From contig CAYVVD010000008.1 of the NCBI GenBank assembly GCA_964454975.1, forward strand, positions 52,915 to 116,914: a DNA stretch of 64,000 nt. Direction: 5' to 3'. The translations under genes and the position numbers were made by a program. This document shows, in pieces, positions 21,795 to 31,268 of this stretch; the stretch's first letter is position 1; every line of letters begins with the position of its first letter. The notes below the pieces were generated by a model that worked only from the letters and a program-made list of their open reading frames with translations, was not told where the DNA came from and ran no database searches. Origin of the DNA: an uncultured Hyphomicrobiales bacterium (GTDB taxonomy: Bacteria > Bacteroidota > Ignavibacteria > Kapaibacteriales > UBA2268).

Positions 21795-22139
21795 ATGAAA
21801 AAATACTTAGCATTATTGTTTCTGGGAGTAATCGTAACCTTTGCTGTTACGGCACAATCAGGTGCTGATGCAACAGGTTATGTTGCCAACCTGAATGACA
21901 TTGTTACAAGCAAAGATGGCAGAGTGGACAAATCACAGGCAGTTAGTCTTGTTAAAGCGGGTCATCCGCTTGTACTGGTATCCAACAACAAAGTTTACTT
22001 TGTGTTTAACACAGACGGCAGCTATGCCGGCAAAAACCTTGCCCGTAATGCTTCATTGGATTCAGAAGTTGGGATTGTAGGCAAAATAAAAAGCAAAGGC
22101 GGTTTCAACTACATAATTGCAGATAAGTTTATTCAATAA
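21795..22139 (+). CDS. Small secreted protein, paralog A (YNTDGSYAGKNLAR domain)
   Basis: 114-aa ORF with a signal peptide. It shares an ~85-aa domain with the adjacent ORF. Confidence 0.6.
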   Translation: MKKYLALLFLGVIVTFAVTAQSGADATGYVANLNDIVTSKDGRVDKSQAVSLVKAGHPLVLVSNNKVYFVFNTDGSYAGKNLARNASLDSEVGIVGKIKSKGGFNYIIADKFIQ

Positions 22140-22153
22140 CACAGGAAATTAAA

Positions 22154-22690
22154 ATGAATAAAATAGTTTTATCATTCTTTGTTGTTTTGCTTGCGTTTGC
22201 AATTGTTAGTTGCGGCGGCGAGAAGAAAGAAGAACCTGCCGGTGACACTTCTATGGAGCAGATGGATACACAAGAACCTGAAACAATGGAAGAGCAGGCG
22301 CCTGATACCGCTGATATTGGCGATATTCAGGATGAAGAGGTGCAAAAAGAAGAAATGAAAGAGGAGAAAAAGGAATCCCCAAAAGAAGAAAAGAAGGCAA
22401 TGGCGGATCCAAATGTACCTATTGAAGGTACAGTAGTAAGCCTTTATGGGTTGGTTACATCCGGTAAAATGGAAGTGAATAAGGCAGAAGCTATTGACCT
22501 TGTCAACCGCGACCAATTGCTTGGATTTAAAGATTCAAAAGGAACTATCTGGATTGTTTACAATACAGATGGAAGTTACGCAGGTAAAAACCTGGCTCGC
22601 CATGCTGACGGCAAGCTTGGAATCAAGGGAAAGAAGCGCAACATTAAAGGCGCAAATATCCTCATCGCCGATGAAATGATCCCGATGTAA
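22154..22690 (+). CDS. Small lipoprotein, paralog B with an acidic E/K-rich linker
   Basis: Lipobox (VSCGG), then a low-complexity acidic stretch, then a C-terminal domain homologous to the preceding ORF (IVYNTDGSYAGKNLARHADG). Confidence 0.6.
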   Translation: MNKIVLSFFVVLLAFAIVSCGGEKKEEPAGDTSMEQMDTQEPETMEEQAPDTADIGDIQDEEVQKEEMKEEKKESPKEEKKAMADPNVPIEGTVVSLYGLVTSGKMEVNKAEAIDLVNRDQLLGFKDSKGTIWIVYNTDGSYAGKNLARHADGKLGIKGKKRNIKGANILIADEMIPM

Positions 22691-22744
22691 ACTTGCTTGT
22701 AATTTCGATTTAAAAAGGTTGCTCAACAGGGCAGCCTTTTTCTT

Positions 22745-23760
22745 TTATGTTACAGCCTGTTTTTTAGTCACAGGGAAGAATTCGTTAAGAGTACCCGACT
22801 TGATATTTACGTAATACATCCCCTTTGCTAATCCAACCATGTATAACGGTGCCCGGTCTTTCCCGGAATCTACATTAAATGCCTTCTTCTTTCTGCCGGT
22901 TACATCAATTATTTCGATTGAGGCGTTCTCAAAAACAAGCCCTTTCAGCTCTACTAACATTAAATCATCAACTGGATTAGGAAAAGCTGTGGCAATTGAA
23001 CTAATGCCCGGCACAGGAATGCCTGTATCTGTTGCTGTGTCAAGAGGGAAAGCGAATATATTAAATGAATGTTCTTTTACACTCAGGTTCAGCGAGAGCA
23101 TAACAACTTCTTCTGTTGGCAGGCAGGCGCAGGGGGTTTCTGGAGTGTTTTTAATCCAGTAGTACTCGTTATAACAGGAGTAATGCCGCCCCGGTTCAAC
23201 CTTGAATTTGTAATCAGAGTTGATTGTAATATCAAACACATTTTCCGGGTCGCGCTTGACAATTGAGATAAATAATGTATCGTCAGTTTTAGTAGTTGTA
23301 ACATCAATGCATGGAACCCCAACAAACTCCCAAAGTCCTTGATAGGCTTTTTGGTTATAAGTTTCGCAAAAAAAAAGATTGTCAACCAATTCGTTGCCGG
23401 TATGATTTGCTGTCAGATCCATCATGGAAAAAAACCAGGTGTGCCATACATCATTCGCTTAGCATTTTCAAGAATACCGACATTAATACTGCCAATGTGC
23501 GATGTCCTTACAGCATATATCATGGTTTTGGCATTTTTTATCATAGCATTCTGGACAGTTCCTGTTCCAAGTCCGCTGATAAGATCCCGGTTATTGGATT
23601 CAGCATCTTCGCCGCAGGGAGTAGAATCTGAAAAGCATCCTGTTTAATTCAAATCCGGTTTCCCAGGATTTTTCAATCCTAACAGGTGCCTTGTTTTTTC
23701 TGAAAAAATGTGGTTAAGAGATAAAAATAAAAGGAATGTTACGACTTTTGAAATGTTCAT
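22745..23760 (-). pseudogene. Disrupted T9SS cargo protein gene. Signal peptide and body are separated by an in-frame TAA at 23644-23646. A frameshift at the A7 tract (23427-23433) follows, upstream of the 226-aa ORF that carries a type-A T9SS C-terminal sorting domain.
   Basis: I translated the minus strand by hand. MNISKVVTFLLFLSLNHIFS... is a Sec signal peptide, and it ends at a TAA. The same frame then stays open for a further ~70 codons and terminates at TGA in an ATGA overlap with the MMDL... ORF. That ORF (22745-23425) ends with the CTD motifs FPNPVDD...IIDVTGRKK...GMYYVNIKSG...KK. One extra A/T in the homopolymer would fuse the two frames. Confidence 0.5.
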
Positions 23761-23848
23761 TATTGTTACTTTTAAAAATAAAAACTATAGTAAATATAAA
23801 TAATAATTCTATAAACATAATTTACAAATCTTTTAATATGTTTGTAGT

Positions 23849-24541
23849 ATGAAACTGGTGATATTTGATATTGACGGAACACTCCTGAATTCGGTAGAAG
23901 CAGACGACAAATGCTTCCGGCTGGCATTCAGGGATGTGTTTCATATTGACCTTGCACACCTGGACTGGGAGTACTTCAAATCTATTACCAGCGGCACCGA
24001 CGAAGGAATGGCAGTAGAGATTTTCCGCCATTACTTCGGGCGTACTCCTTCGCTGGAAGAAATGGAAAAGTTTAAGTGGTATTTTCATAAGCTGCTTAAT
24101 GGCAATTTCCATCAATATCCGGGTTCGTTCGAGGAAATTCCCGGAGCAGCTGAATTTTTCAGAATCTTATATGAAGATAAGGACATTGGTGTTGCTATAT
24201 CTACCGGTAGCTGGAGGGATTCGGCTATATTAAAGCTTGCAGCTCTCGGAATAAAACACAGGGGAATTCCACTTGCTACTTCCGATGATGATGAATACCG
24301 CACTTTTATAATCAAAAAAGCAATTTCAGAATCACAGAATGCATACAGCAAAACATCCTTTGAATCTATAATTTACTTCGGGGATGGCCTGTGGGACCTG
24401 AAAGCAGCTACTGAAGCAGATACTAAGTTTATTGGAGTTGATTACAAGAGGAAGGGCACATTCAGCGGAAAGGATGTAAAGGATGTTATTGAGAACTACA
24501 AAAAACCTGAAAATATCCTTGGCAAATTAGCCCTTATGTAA
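23849..24541 (+). CDS. HAD-superfamily hydrolase (phosphatase-like)
   Basis: Begins with the HAD motif I (FDIDGTL). 230 aa. Confidence 0.8.
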   Translation: MKLVIFDIDGTLLNSVEADDKCFRLAFRDVFHIDLAHLDWEYFKSITSGTDEGMAVEIFRHYFGRTPSLEEMEKFKWYFHKLLNGNFHQYPGSFEEIPGAAEFFRILYEDKDIGVAISTGSWRDSAILKLAALGIKHRGIPLATSDDDEYRTFIIKKAISESQNAYSKTSFESIIYFGDGLWDLKAATEADTKFIGVDYKRKGTFSGKDVKDVIENYKKPENILGKLALM

Positions 24542-25595
24542 GCAGTTTTATTCTCGAATAAATATAATCAAGGCTTTCTTTCTTAAGAATTGCTTTATAG
24601 ATTTCTGTTTCTCCCAGATGCTTTAGTTTAACCCCTTTGTAATCAATATACCTCCTGCTCCTGTTCTTATCAAACCAATACACAAGCGATATGTTGCCTT
24701 TATTGATCTCAATCCCGGTAAGGCCTCTCTTTCCAATCACACTACCGCTATTGAAGAGGCAGGGGACGAGGACTTTCTCGTTGTAAAGGCCATTGCGCAG
24801 GTTATACTGCTTATTCTGTTTATAAAGATTATCAAGTTCATCTTTGAATTTTTTTATATTTTCCCTGATTCGTTCTTTTTTCTCCCCTTGTGTTATAGGA
24901 AACTTCCTGAGTAAAGTTTCAAGGATCATTATTACTGAATCAATTTTAGACATTGATTCGAATAGCGGCCTGTGTGTATGCCCAAGGATAGAGATAAGTT
25001 TCTTCATGCTGGCAAATTTATATGCGTAAACTTCCGTACGAAATTTTTTATCAGAGTCTATCGGGAATGAACTGTTTTCTATTCCAAATGCATTCACAAA
25101 TGTTCTGACAAACAGTTTAGCTATTGGATTGTACTTTTCGAAATAATTAGCGGTCTGGTGCCCGTGATATAGAAAGACCGGTACATCTTCAATATAAATG
25201 CGGATGCCTTCGAGCAGATTTTTGTTTGCATTTGGAAAACTCTTGTGTGAAGCAAGGAAATCATGATTACCAATGATTTTATAGAAATGCCCGCGGGAGT
25301 CAAAGCGGTCAAAAATATCGTAGATATCCTTCCATGCTTTGAAAACATCCTTAACTTTGAACTTGTATAACTCTTCTACATCTCCGTTTAAAACTAACCT
25401 GTATTCTCTTTCCAGGTAGTATTTTTTTAAAACTTCACTGAAGAGGGGCGCATTTGGCTTAAATTCGTCATTCTTGCCTCCATCGCCCATGTGAAGGTCA
25501 CTGAATATAACAAGGCGGTCGTCACTTGATAACTTCAGCGACGGGGATTCTTTAAAGAGCAATTCGAGTACGTCAAAAACCCGCTCTTCACTCAC
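24534..25595 (-). CDS. Calcineurin-like metallophosphoesterase
   Basis: Carries the DLHMGDGG, GDVEE, GNHD and GHTH metal-binding motifs. Confidence 0.75.
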   Translation of the reverse strand: MSEERVFDVLELLFKESPSLKLSSDDRLVIFSDLHMGDGGKNDEFKPNAPLFSEVLKKYYLEREYRLVLNGDVEELYKFKVKDVFKAWKDIYDIFDRFDSRGHFYKIIGNHDFLASHKSFPNANKNLLEGIRIYIEDVPVFLYHGHQTANYFEKYNPIAKLFVRTFVNAFGIENSSFPIDSDKKFRTEVYAYKFASMKKLISILGHTHRPLFESMSKIDSVIMILETLLRKFPITQGEKKERIRENIKKFKDELDNLYKQNKQYNLRNGLYNEKVLVPCLFNSGSVIGKRGLTGIEINKGNISLVYWFDKNRSRRYIDYKGVKLKHLGETEIYKAILKKESLDYIYSRIKLLT

Positions 25596-25639
25596 AGGTG
25601 TAATCCAGATGTTTGTTATGCTGCATTTTTACAGGGCTC

Positions 25640-26527
25640 TTAGTTTTTAATCACCCTGCGTAATTTTTTCCTGATAGGCACTTCACTGTCATAAACACGC
25701 TTGATGCCATTACCGAGCGACATCTCGATGTCTCTGATATTTGATACCATCCTTATCAGGCCGCCGATTTCTACTGAAGCTGCCTGATCCGAACCCCACA
25801 TAGCTCGGTCGGTTGTTATATGCCTTTCTATGAAACTTGCGCCAAGCACAACCGCTGCCCATGTAGGTGCCAGGCCTGTTTCATGCCCGGAATAACCAAT
25901 GGGTATATCATTGTACTTTTCTCTCAAAGTCTGTATTACACGAAGGTTTAATTCTTCGAGCTTGCAAGGGTAAGTTGATGTTGAGTGTGCAACAAGAAGT
26001 TTTTCCCTGTTGAGCAAATTGACTGCGTACTCAATTTCCTCAGGCGAGGACATCCCGGTTGAAATCATGAGCGGCTTGCCGGTTGATTCCATCTTCTTGA
26101 GCAGCGGGTCATCTGTTAATGAAGCTGAAGGCGCTTTGTAAAAGGGTACATCGAACTTCTCGATAAAATCAACTGCTTCCTCGTCCCAGCAGGAAGCAGT
26201 CCACATAATATTGTGGTCCCGGCAGTATTTATCAATTTCAGAGTATTCGTCGACCCCGAATTCTACTTTATGACGGTAATCTATATATTTCATCCTTCCC
26301 CAGGGAGTGTCCCTTTCAATATACCATTGGTCTTTTGGTACGCATAACTCCGGAGTACGTTTCTGAAACTTTACTGCGTCAGCTCCGGCTGTGATTGCTC
26401 CGGCAATCATCTTTTTGGCAAGCTCGAGCGAGCCATTGTGATTAATGCCGATCTCTCCTATAATAAAAACAGGTTCTCCATCCCCTACAAACCTGCTGCC
26501 AATTTGAATTTTTCTTCTTTCTGCCAT
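25640..26527 (-). CDS. NeuB-family (N-acetylneuraminate / pseudaminate synthase-like) TIM-barrel aldolase, lacking the SAF domain
   Basis: NeuB/PseI/SpsE-type motifs (FIIGEIGINHNGS, KFQK, SGHETG). At 295 aa it has no C-terminal antifreeze-like domain. Confidence 0.75.
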   Translation of the reverse strand: MAERRKIQIGSRFVGDGEPVFIIGEIGINHNGSLELAKKMIAGAITAGADAVKFQKRTPELCVPKDQWYIERDTPWGRMKYIDYRHKVEFGVDEYSEIDKYCRDHNIMWTASCWDEEAVDFIEKFDVPFYKAPSASLTDDPLLKKMESTGKPLMISTGMSSPEEIEYAVNLLNREKLLVAHSTSTYPCKLEELNLRVIQTLREKYNDIPIGYSGHETGLAPTWAAVVLGASFIERHITTDRAMWGSDQAASVEIGGLIRMVSNIRDIEMSLGNGIKRVYDSEVPIRKKLRRVIKN

Positions 26528-26556
26528 TTTTCTCTCAAACTAGTTCTTAATAAAAA

Positions 26557-27369
26557 TTACCAAATAGTCCAGCCGCCATCTACAACGAGATTTGCACCTG
26601 TCATGTAGGAAGATGCTTCGCTGGCAAGAAATACAAGCGCACCTTTGTAATCATTAGGTTGCGCCATCCTCCCGAGAGGTGTCCGCTTTGAATATTTTTC
26701 GATAAAGTGCTCTGCCTGGTTGTTCTCAACTCCCCCGGGCGAAAGAGTATTCACCCGGACACCACTGCTTCCCCAGTATGAAGCAAGGAATTTTGTAAAC
26801 ATTACAACTGCGCCTTTTGATGTTGGGTAAGCTGCCGATTTGTAAAATTCCTGTTCGCCGTTAGGGTTTACATATAACGACTGGTCGGGTGCTACAACAC
26901 CATAGGTGGAAGCAATATTCACTATGCTTCCGGAGCCCTGCCTTGCCATATCGGCCCCGATAACCTGTGAGCAGATGAACATACCGGTTACATTTACATC
27001 CATCACTTTTCTAAATAGCTCAAGCGGATAATTCTCGAATTTGGACTGCTGCAATTTATTTACGGGGTTTTCCACCATGTCGTTGATAGCGGCATTGTTT
27101 ACAAGCACGTCTATCCTGCCGAATTCCTTGAGAATATTATATTTTGTAGCTTTTACCGAATCGATGCGAGTAATGTCAAGCCCGACACCCAGACTGTTCG
27201 AGGGTAATTCAGCTGAAAATCTTTTTGATTCTTTTTCATTCAGATCGCAGACAACAACATTTGCACCTGCTTCCGCGAGAGCGTAGCAATGGCTTCGACC
27301 AATCAATCCAAGAGCGCCGGTAACAACTGCTACTTTTCCTTCAAGCGAAAAGATTTCATGAAGGCTCAT
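26557..27369 (-). CDS. Short-chain dehydrogenase/reductase (classical SDR)
   Basis: TGALGLIGRS cofactor motif, NNAA, YxxxK. Confidence 0.85.
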   Translation of the reverse strand: MSLHEIFSLEGKVAVVTGALGLIGRSHCYALAEAGANVVVCDLNEKESKRFSAELPSNSLGVGLDITRIDSVKATKYNILKEFGRIDVLVNNAAINDMVENPVNKLQQSKFENYPLELFRKVMDVNVTGMFICSQVIGADMARQGSGSIVNIASTYGVVAPDQSLYVNPNGEQEFYKSAAYPTSKGAVVMFTKFLASYWGSSGVRVNTLSPGGVENNQAEHFIEKYSKRTPLGRMAQPNDYKGALVFLASEASSYMTGANLVVDGGWTIW

Positions 27370-28703
27370 TATCTATTCTTTGGTTTGGTATTAAAATTAC
27401 CTACTTTACGGAAAACCGGCTTAACCGGCTCTCCTTTGAGAAACTTTTCAGGTTCTCCCGATTTTACTGCTTTATTCACTATGGGCAATGCAGCCCTGTA
27501 GGCTTTAAGGGTGTATTCCACATCTTCATCAGTATGAGAGTAAGACATATTGTGGAAACCGCCCCAAAGTACGCCTCTCTTTATCATCTCTTGCTGCAGA
27601 AGAGATTTAAGCACTAGGGGGTTGCCTGCTTCAGGAGAAAAAGTCATGAGGGAACGGCAGTTGTAGCCGACTGCCTTAGAAAAGCCAATGCCCATTTCTT
27701 CCGCAATTTGATTGTATCCGACTTTAAGCTTTGCTCCCTGTTTGTCGAGATATGACGCCACGTTCTTGTCCTTCATTTCCAGCAATGTTGCCTTGGCTGC
27801 AGCTAGTGAAAGCGCCTCCCCGCCAAATGTGTTATAGAAGAATACTTCGTTCTCGACAAGCTTCATAATATCATACTTGCCTGTAAGAATTGACAAAGGC
27901 ATTCCGTTGGCAACTGCCTTAGAGTATGTTGCAAGGTCTGCCTTTACTCCAAAATACTCCTGCGCTCCTCCTAATGCAAGGCGAAACCCTGTCCACATTT
28001 CATCAAAAATCAGCACGATGCCCTTTTCATTGCAAATATCGCGAAGCTTGTGGAGGAAATTGTCCTTTGGCGGCTCAAATACTATGGGTTCAAGAATAAT
28101 AGCTGCCGTGTCATCATCAATAGAGTTAAGCACTGAGTCAATATCATTGTAGTTGAATGTATAGGTAAGCTGTTTAGCAAAATCCGGGATTCCTTTATCC
28201 CAGTCGGTAACTGCAATATACCAGTCCTGCGCTCCGTGGTAACCGCAACAGAGGATTGTATTCTTCCCTGTATAAGCACGAGCCAACCTTACTGCAGCAG
28301 TTGTTACCTCATTCCCTGATTTTGCAAATCTTACAGACTCAGCATTTGGGATAATATCCCTGAGTATTTCAGCTACTTCAACTTCGAGCGGATGCATCAG
28401 AGAAAAAGTAATCCCATCTTCAAGCTGTTGCATGATGGCGTTGTCAATTCTTTCATAGCAGTAGCCAAGCGAGAGAGGGCCGACTGCCATAGTATAATCA
28501 ATATATTCGTTGCCGTCTACATCCCAGACATGTGCGGCCTTTCCTTTTTGGAGATAAACCGGCGCAACGCCAAAAATGTGCTGCCCGGGGCCTTTTGCAA
28601 GTGTCTGAGTATAATTAGGAATCAGTTCTGTAGATCTTTTATATAGCTCTATTGATTTTTCAATGTTTGGGTAATCATTATCGAGTCTTATTCCGTTCGG
28701 CAT
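27369..28703 (-). CDS. Class-III pyridoxal-phosphate aminotransferase (GSA-aminomutase-like)
   Basis: 444-aa ORF with the AT-III fold motifs (FDEMWTGFR, YSKAVANGMP). Confidence 0.82.
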   Translation of the reverse strand: MPNGIRLDNDYPNIEKSIELYKRSTELIPNYTQTLAKGPGQHIFGVAPVYLQKGKAAHVWDVDGNEYIDYTMAVGPLSLGYCYERIDNAIMQQLEDGITFSLMHPLEVEVAEILRDIIPNAESVRFAKSGNEVTTAAVRLARAYTGKNTILCCGYHGAQDWYIAVTDWDKGIPDFAKQLTYTFNYNDIDSVLNSIDDDTAAIILEPIVFEPPKDNFLHKLRDICNEKGIVLIFDEMWTGFRLALGGAQEYFGVKADLATYSKAVANGMPLSILTGKYDIMKLVENEVFFYNTFGGEALSLAAAKATLLEMKDKNVASYLDKQGAKLKVGYNQIAEEMGIGFSKAVGYNCRSLMTFSPEAGNPLVLKSLLQQEMIKRGVLWGGFHNMSYSHTDEDVEYTLKAYRAALPIVNKAVKSGEPEKFLKGEPVKPVFRKVGNFNTKPKNR

Positions 28704-28704
28704 A

Positions 28705-29619
28705 TCATCCCTCCTGGTTTAATTCTTTCAATTTAGCCTTAATCTTTTCGGCCAATTTCTCACCTGTAAACCCTTCATATTCGAGTATCCCCTGAATCAT
28801 TCCGGGCCTGTGCCAGGAGTTCAGGCCCAAGGGCAGAACCGGCCTCATCTTCTGTTGTTCAGCCATATAATTTGCGAGAATTGAATATAGACCGTTCCAA
28901 TTAAAATGGTCTTCTACGGTTACAATCAAGCGGCATGAATCAAGAGCCGAATTAACAGCGCTCCTGTCGAATGGTTTAACTGTGCGAAGGTTGATTAACC
29001 TTGTCGAAATACCATCATTATCAAGTAAAGTTTTTGCTTCAAGGGCCTGTTTCGTTAAAATCCCGTATGTAAGGATAGCAACATTGTTGCCTTCGCCAAA
29101 TACTTCTGCTTTCGCAATGCGGAATACTTCATGGTGCTTAATTCCGGAGTTTGAATCATTATACCTGATGTAAAATGGCATTTCGCTTCTAATAATATCC
29201 GGAAGTCCGGCGAGCATTTCATCCTTGTCCGCCGGGCAAAAGACACCTACATTCGGGATGCCGTACATCAGTCCGACATCTTCCACAGCCTGGTGAGTTG
29301 GGCCGTTTGCAGTTCCGAGGAATCCGGAAAAAGCTCCAACAAGCTTAACAGGCAGATTGCCATAACCAACATCGGTGCGAATAAATTCGAAAGAGCGCAT
29401 AGTAAGGAATGCCGCCAATGCGTGAACTACGGGTATCCTGCCTCTGAGTGCCATGCCGCAGGCAGAGCCGACAAGGCTCATTTCAGCAATGCCAACATCT
29501 ACAAAATTGTTTTTTATCTGTTCAGGGATATTCCTGATTGACGCGCGATTCTCAGCAGTCATAACGACAATTCTGTCGTCTTCTTCAATCATTTGTTTTA
29601 ATAATTCTTCGTAAGTCAT
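28705..29619 (-). CDS. Transketolase, C-terminal (pyrimidine-binding) subunit
   Basis: Split-transketolase B subunit (GIAEMSLVGSACGMAL, GPTHQAVEDV). Confidence 0.88.
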   Translation of the reverse strand: MTYEELLKQMIEEDDRIVVMTAENRASIRNIPEQIKNNFVDVGIAEMSLVGSACGMALRGRIPVVHALAAFLTMRSFEFIRTDVGYGNLPVKLVGAFSGFLGTANGPTHQAVEDVGLMYGIPNVGVFCPADKDEMLAGLPDIIRSEMPFYIRYNDSNSGIKHHEVFRIAKAEVFGEGNNVAILTYGILTKQALEAKTLLDNDGISTRLINLRTVKPFDRSAVNSALDSCRLIVTVEDHFNWNGLYSILANYMAEQQKMRPVLPLGLNSWHRPGMIQGILEYEGFTGEKLAEKIKAKLKELNQEG

Positions 29620-29631
29620 ATTACCATCCGT

Positions 29632-30453
29632 TTAATATTCATCGTGCAATTGCTTGATAGCTTCACTTAATTCTTCTTCGCTCATGTTGCAATACCATTT
29701 GTCAGCTCTTTCCTCGATACCGATTACGCCCTTGCCCCTTATTGTATCGGCGATGATGCAGTTTGGCGCCCCCGCCTTGAATGGAATTTTGGAGAATGCC
29801 TTGTTCAGGTCATTGAAATCGTGGCCGTCAACGTACTTTACTTTCCATCCGAAATTCTTAAATTTTTTATTAATTGGTTCTATCGGTATCAGGTCTTCTG
29901 TTCTCATATTTGCCTGGAAATGATTCCTGTCGATCACAACAACCAGGTTGTCGAGGAAAAAAGCGGCGGCAATCAAAATAGCTTCCCAGTTGGAACCTTC
30001 ATTTAACTCGCCGTCTCCAACCACAACAACTACGCGGTTGCTTGTCTCTTTTAGCTTGCAATCTATGGCAACGCCAAGGGCAAGTGGGAGCAGGTGTCCC
30101 AGCGAACCCGAGTGAAATTCAACTCCGGGAATAGTCGCATTTGGATGCCAGTATATCAAGTCATTTGTTTGGAGGTGGTTTGCGAGCCTTTCTTCTTCGA
30201 GGAAACCGATTTCAACAAATGTACCATATAACGCAGGTACTGCATGGCCCTTTGAGAGGAAGAAATAATCGCGTTCCTCAGAATTTAAATTATCTTTGGA
30301 AACATTAAGGAAATGTTTGTAGAGATACAGAATCACATCTGCACATGAGAGCGCGGCTCCTGCGAACGCCCCTCCGTTTGTTGACATTCTTAATATCCTT
30401 TCTCTAACCCTTACAGAAGCCTCTATCAGGCTTTTCTCATTAATTTCTGCCAT
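29632..30453 (-). CDS. Transketolase, N-terminal (TPP-binding) subunit
   Basis: Split-transketolase A subunit (GHLLPLALG, GDGELNEG TPP motif). Confidence 0.88.
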   Translation of the reverse strand: MAEINEKSLIEASVRVRERILRMSTNGGAFAGAALSCADVILYLYKHFLNVSKDNLNSEERDYFFLSKGHAVPALYGTFVEIGFLEEERLANHLQTNDLIYWHPNATIPGVEFHSGSLGHLLPLALGVAIDCKLKETSNRVVVVVGDGELNEGSNWEAILIAAAFFLDNLVVVIDRNHFQANMRTEDLIPIEPINKKFKNFGWKVKYVDGHDFNDLNKAFSKIPFKAGAPNCIIADTIRGKGVIGIEERADKWYCNMSEEELSEAIKQLHDEY

Positions 30454-30467
30454 TATAGTTCCTTTTC

Positions 30468-31268
30468 CTACTTAATTAATCTGGTCTGCTTTTTCTTGAT
30501 TGTCTTCAATTGGCCAAGATGATTCCTGTACCAGTTTACCCCGGAGTATTTCCCGTTTATTTTCATTATTTCCGGGTTTTCATCAAGTAATTCAAGAATT
30601 TCTTTCAGTGTGAAAATACGATGCTTGGAATAAAGTTCTTCATAGATTTTTTTAACAAATTCATAGTCTTCCTGGTAGTCAATTGTAAAACGATGGCTCA
30701 TTGAATAATCAAGGCCAGTCTCCCATTCTACGTTCCCAATCCTGAATTCTCCGGGATTATCCCAGATGTAAGGAGTTGTATGCTCCAGCTCGAATTCCTG
30801 CTCTGCATTCACCCAGGCATGTTCCAGAATCTCAATGGGTATCGCTTCAACATCATTACCATCAGGATAAGAAGCGGGGTGGAGGTTACTTACAAAATCA
30901 TATTCATCTTTGTGGTTTATATAGTATTGAAGCACCCTGTCAATTACGCTTGGGTCAATCAAAGGGCAATCAGATGGGATTTTTACTGCAACGTCCGCCT
31001 GGAATTGCTTTGCAGCTTTGTAGTGCCGGTCGAGAAGATTAGTAGGGTGGCCCCGGAAGCAGTTGAAGCCCTCTGCAACACATATATTTTCAACAAAGTC
31101 GTCTTCAGTGTCAGTTGTAGTAGCAACCACAATGTTGGTTGGAAGTTTTGCTGCAGCCATTCTTTCCAGCTGCCTGTATAGAATGCTTTTGCCTAAAATG
31201 CTTTTTAATATTTTACCCGGCAGGCGGGTTGAACCTGTCCGCGCCTGCACAATAACTACAATGTTCAT
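30468..31268 (-). CDS. Acylneuraminate-type cytidylyltransferase (CMP-sugar synthetase; SpsF/PseF-like)
   Basis: N-terminal VIVQARTGSTRLPGK motif of the CTP_transf_3 family. Confidence 0.78.
   Translation of the reverse strand: MNIVVIVQARTGSTRLPGKILKSILGKSILYRQLERMAAAKLPTNIVVATTTDTEDDFVENICVAEGFNCFRGHPTNLLDRHYKAAKQFQADVAVKIPSDCPLIDPSVIDRVLQYYINHKDEYDFVSNLHPASYPDGNDVEAIPIEILEHAWVNAEQEFELEHTTPYIWDNPGEFRIGNVEWETGLDYSMSHRFTIDYQEDYEFVKKIYEELYSKHRIFTLKEILELLDENPEIMKINGKYSGVNWYRNHLGQLKTIKKKQTRLIK

Noticed and set aside
22230-22400. E/K/D-rich repetitive stretch in ORF 22154-22690, considered as a tandem DNA repeat
   Set aside because: This is a compositionally biased coding region (a low-complexity acidic linker). 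It is not an exact nucleotide tandem repeat.
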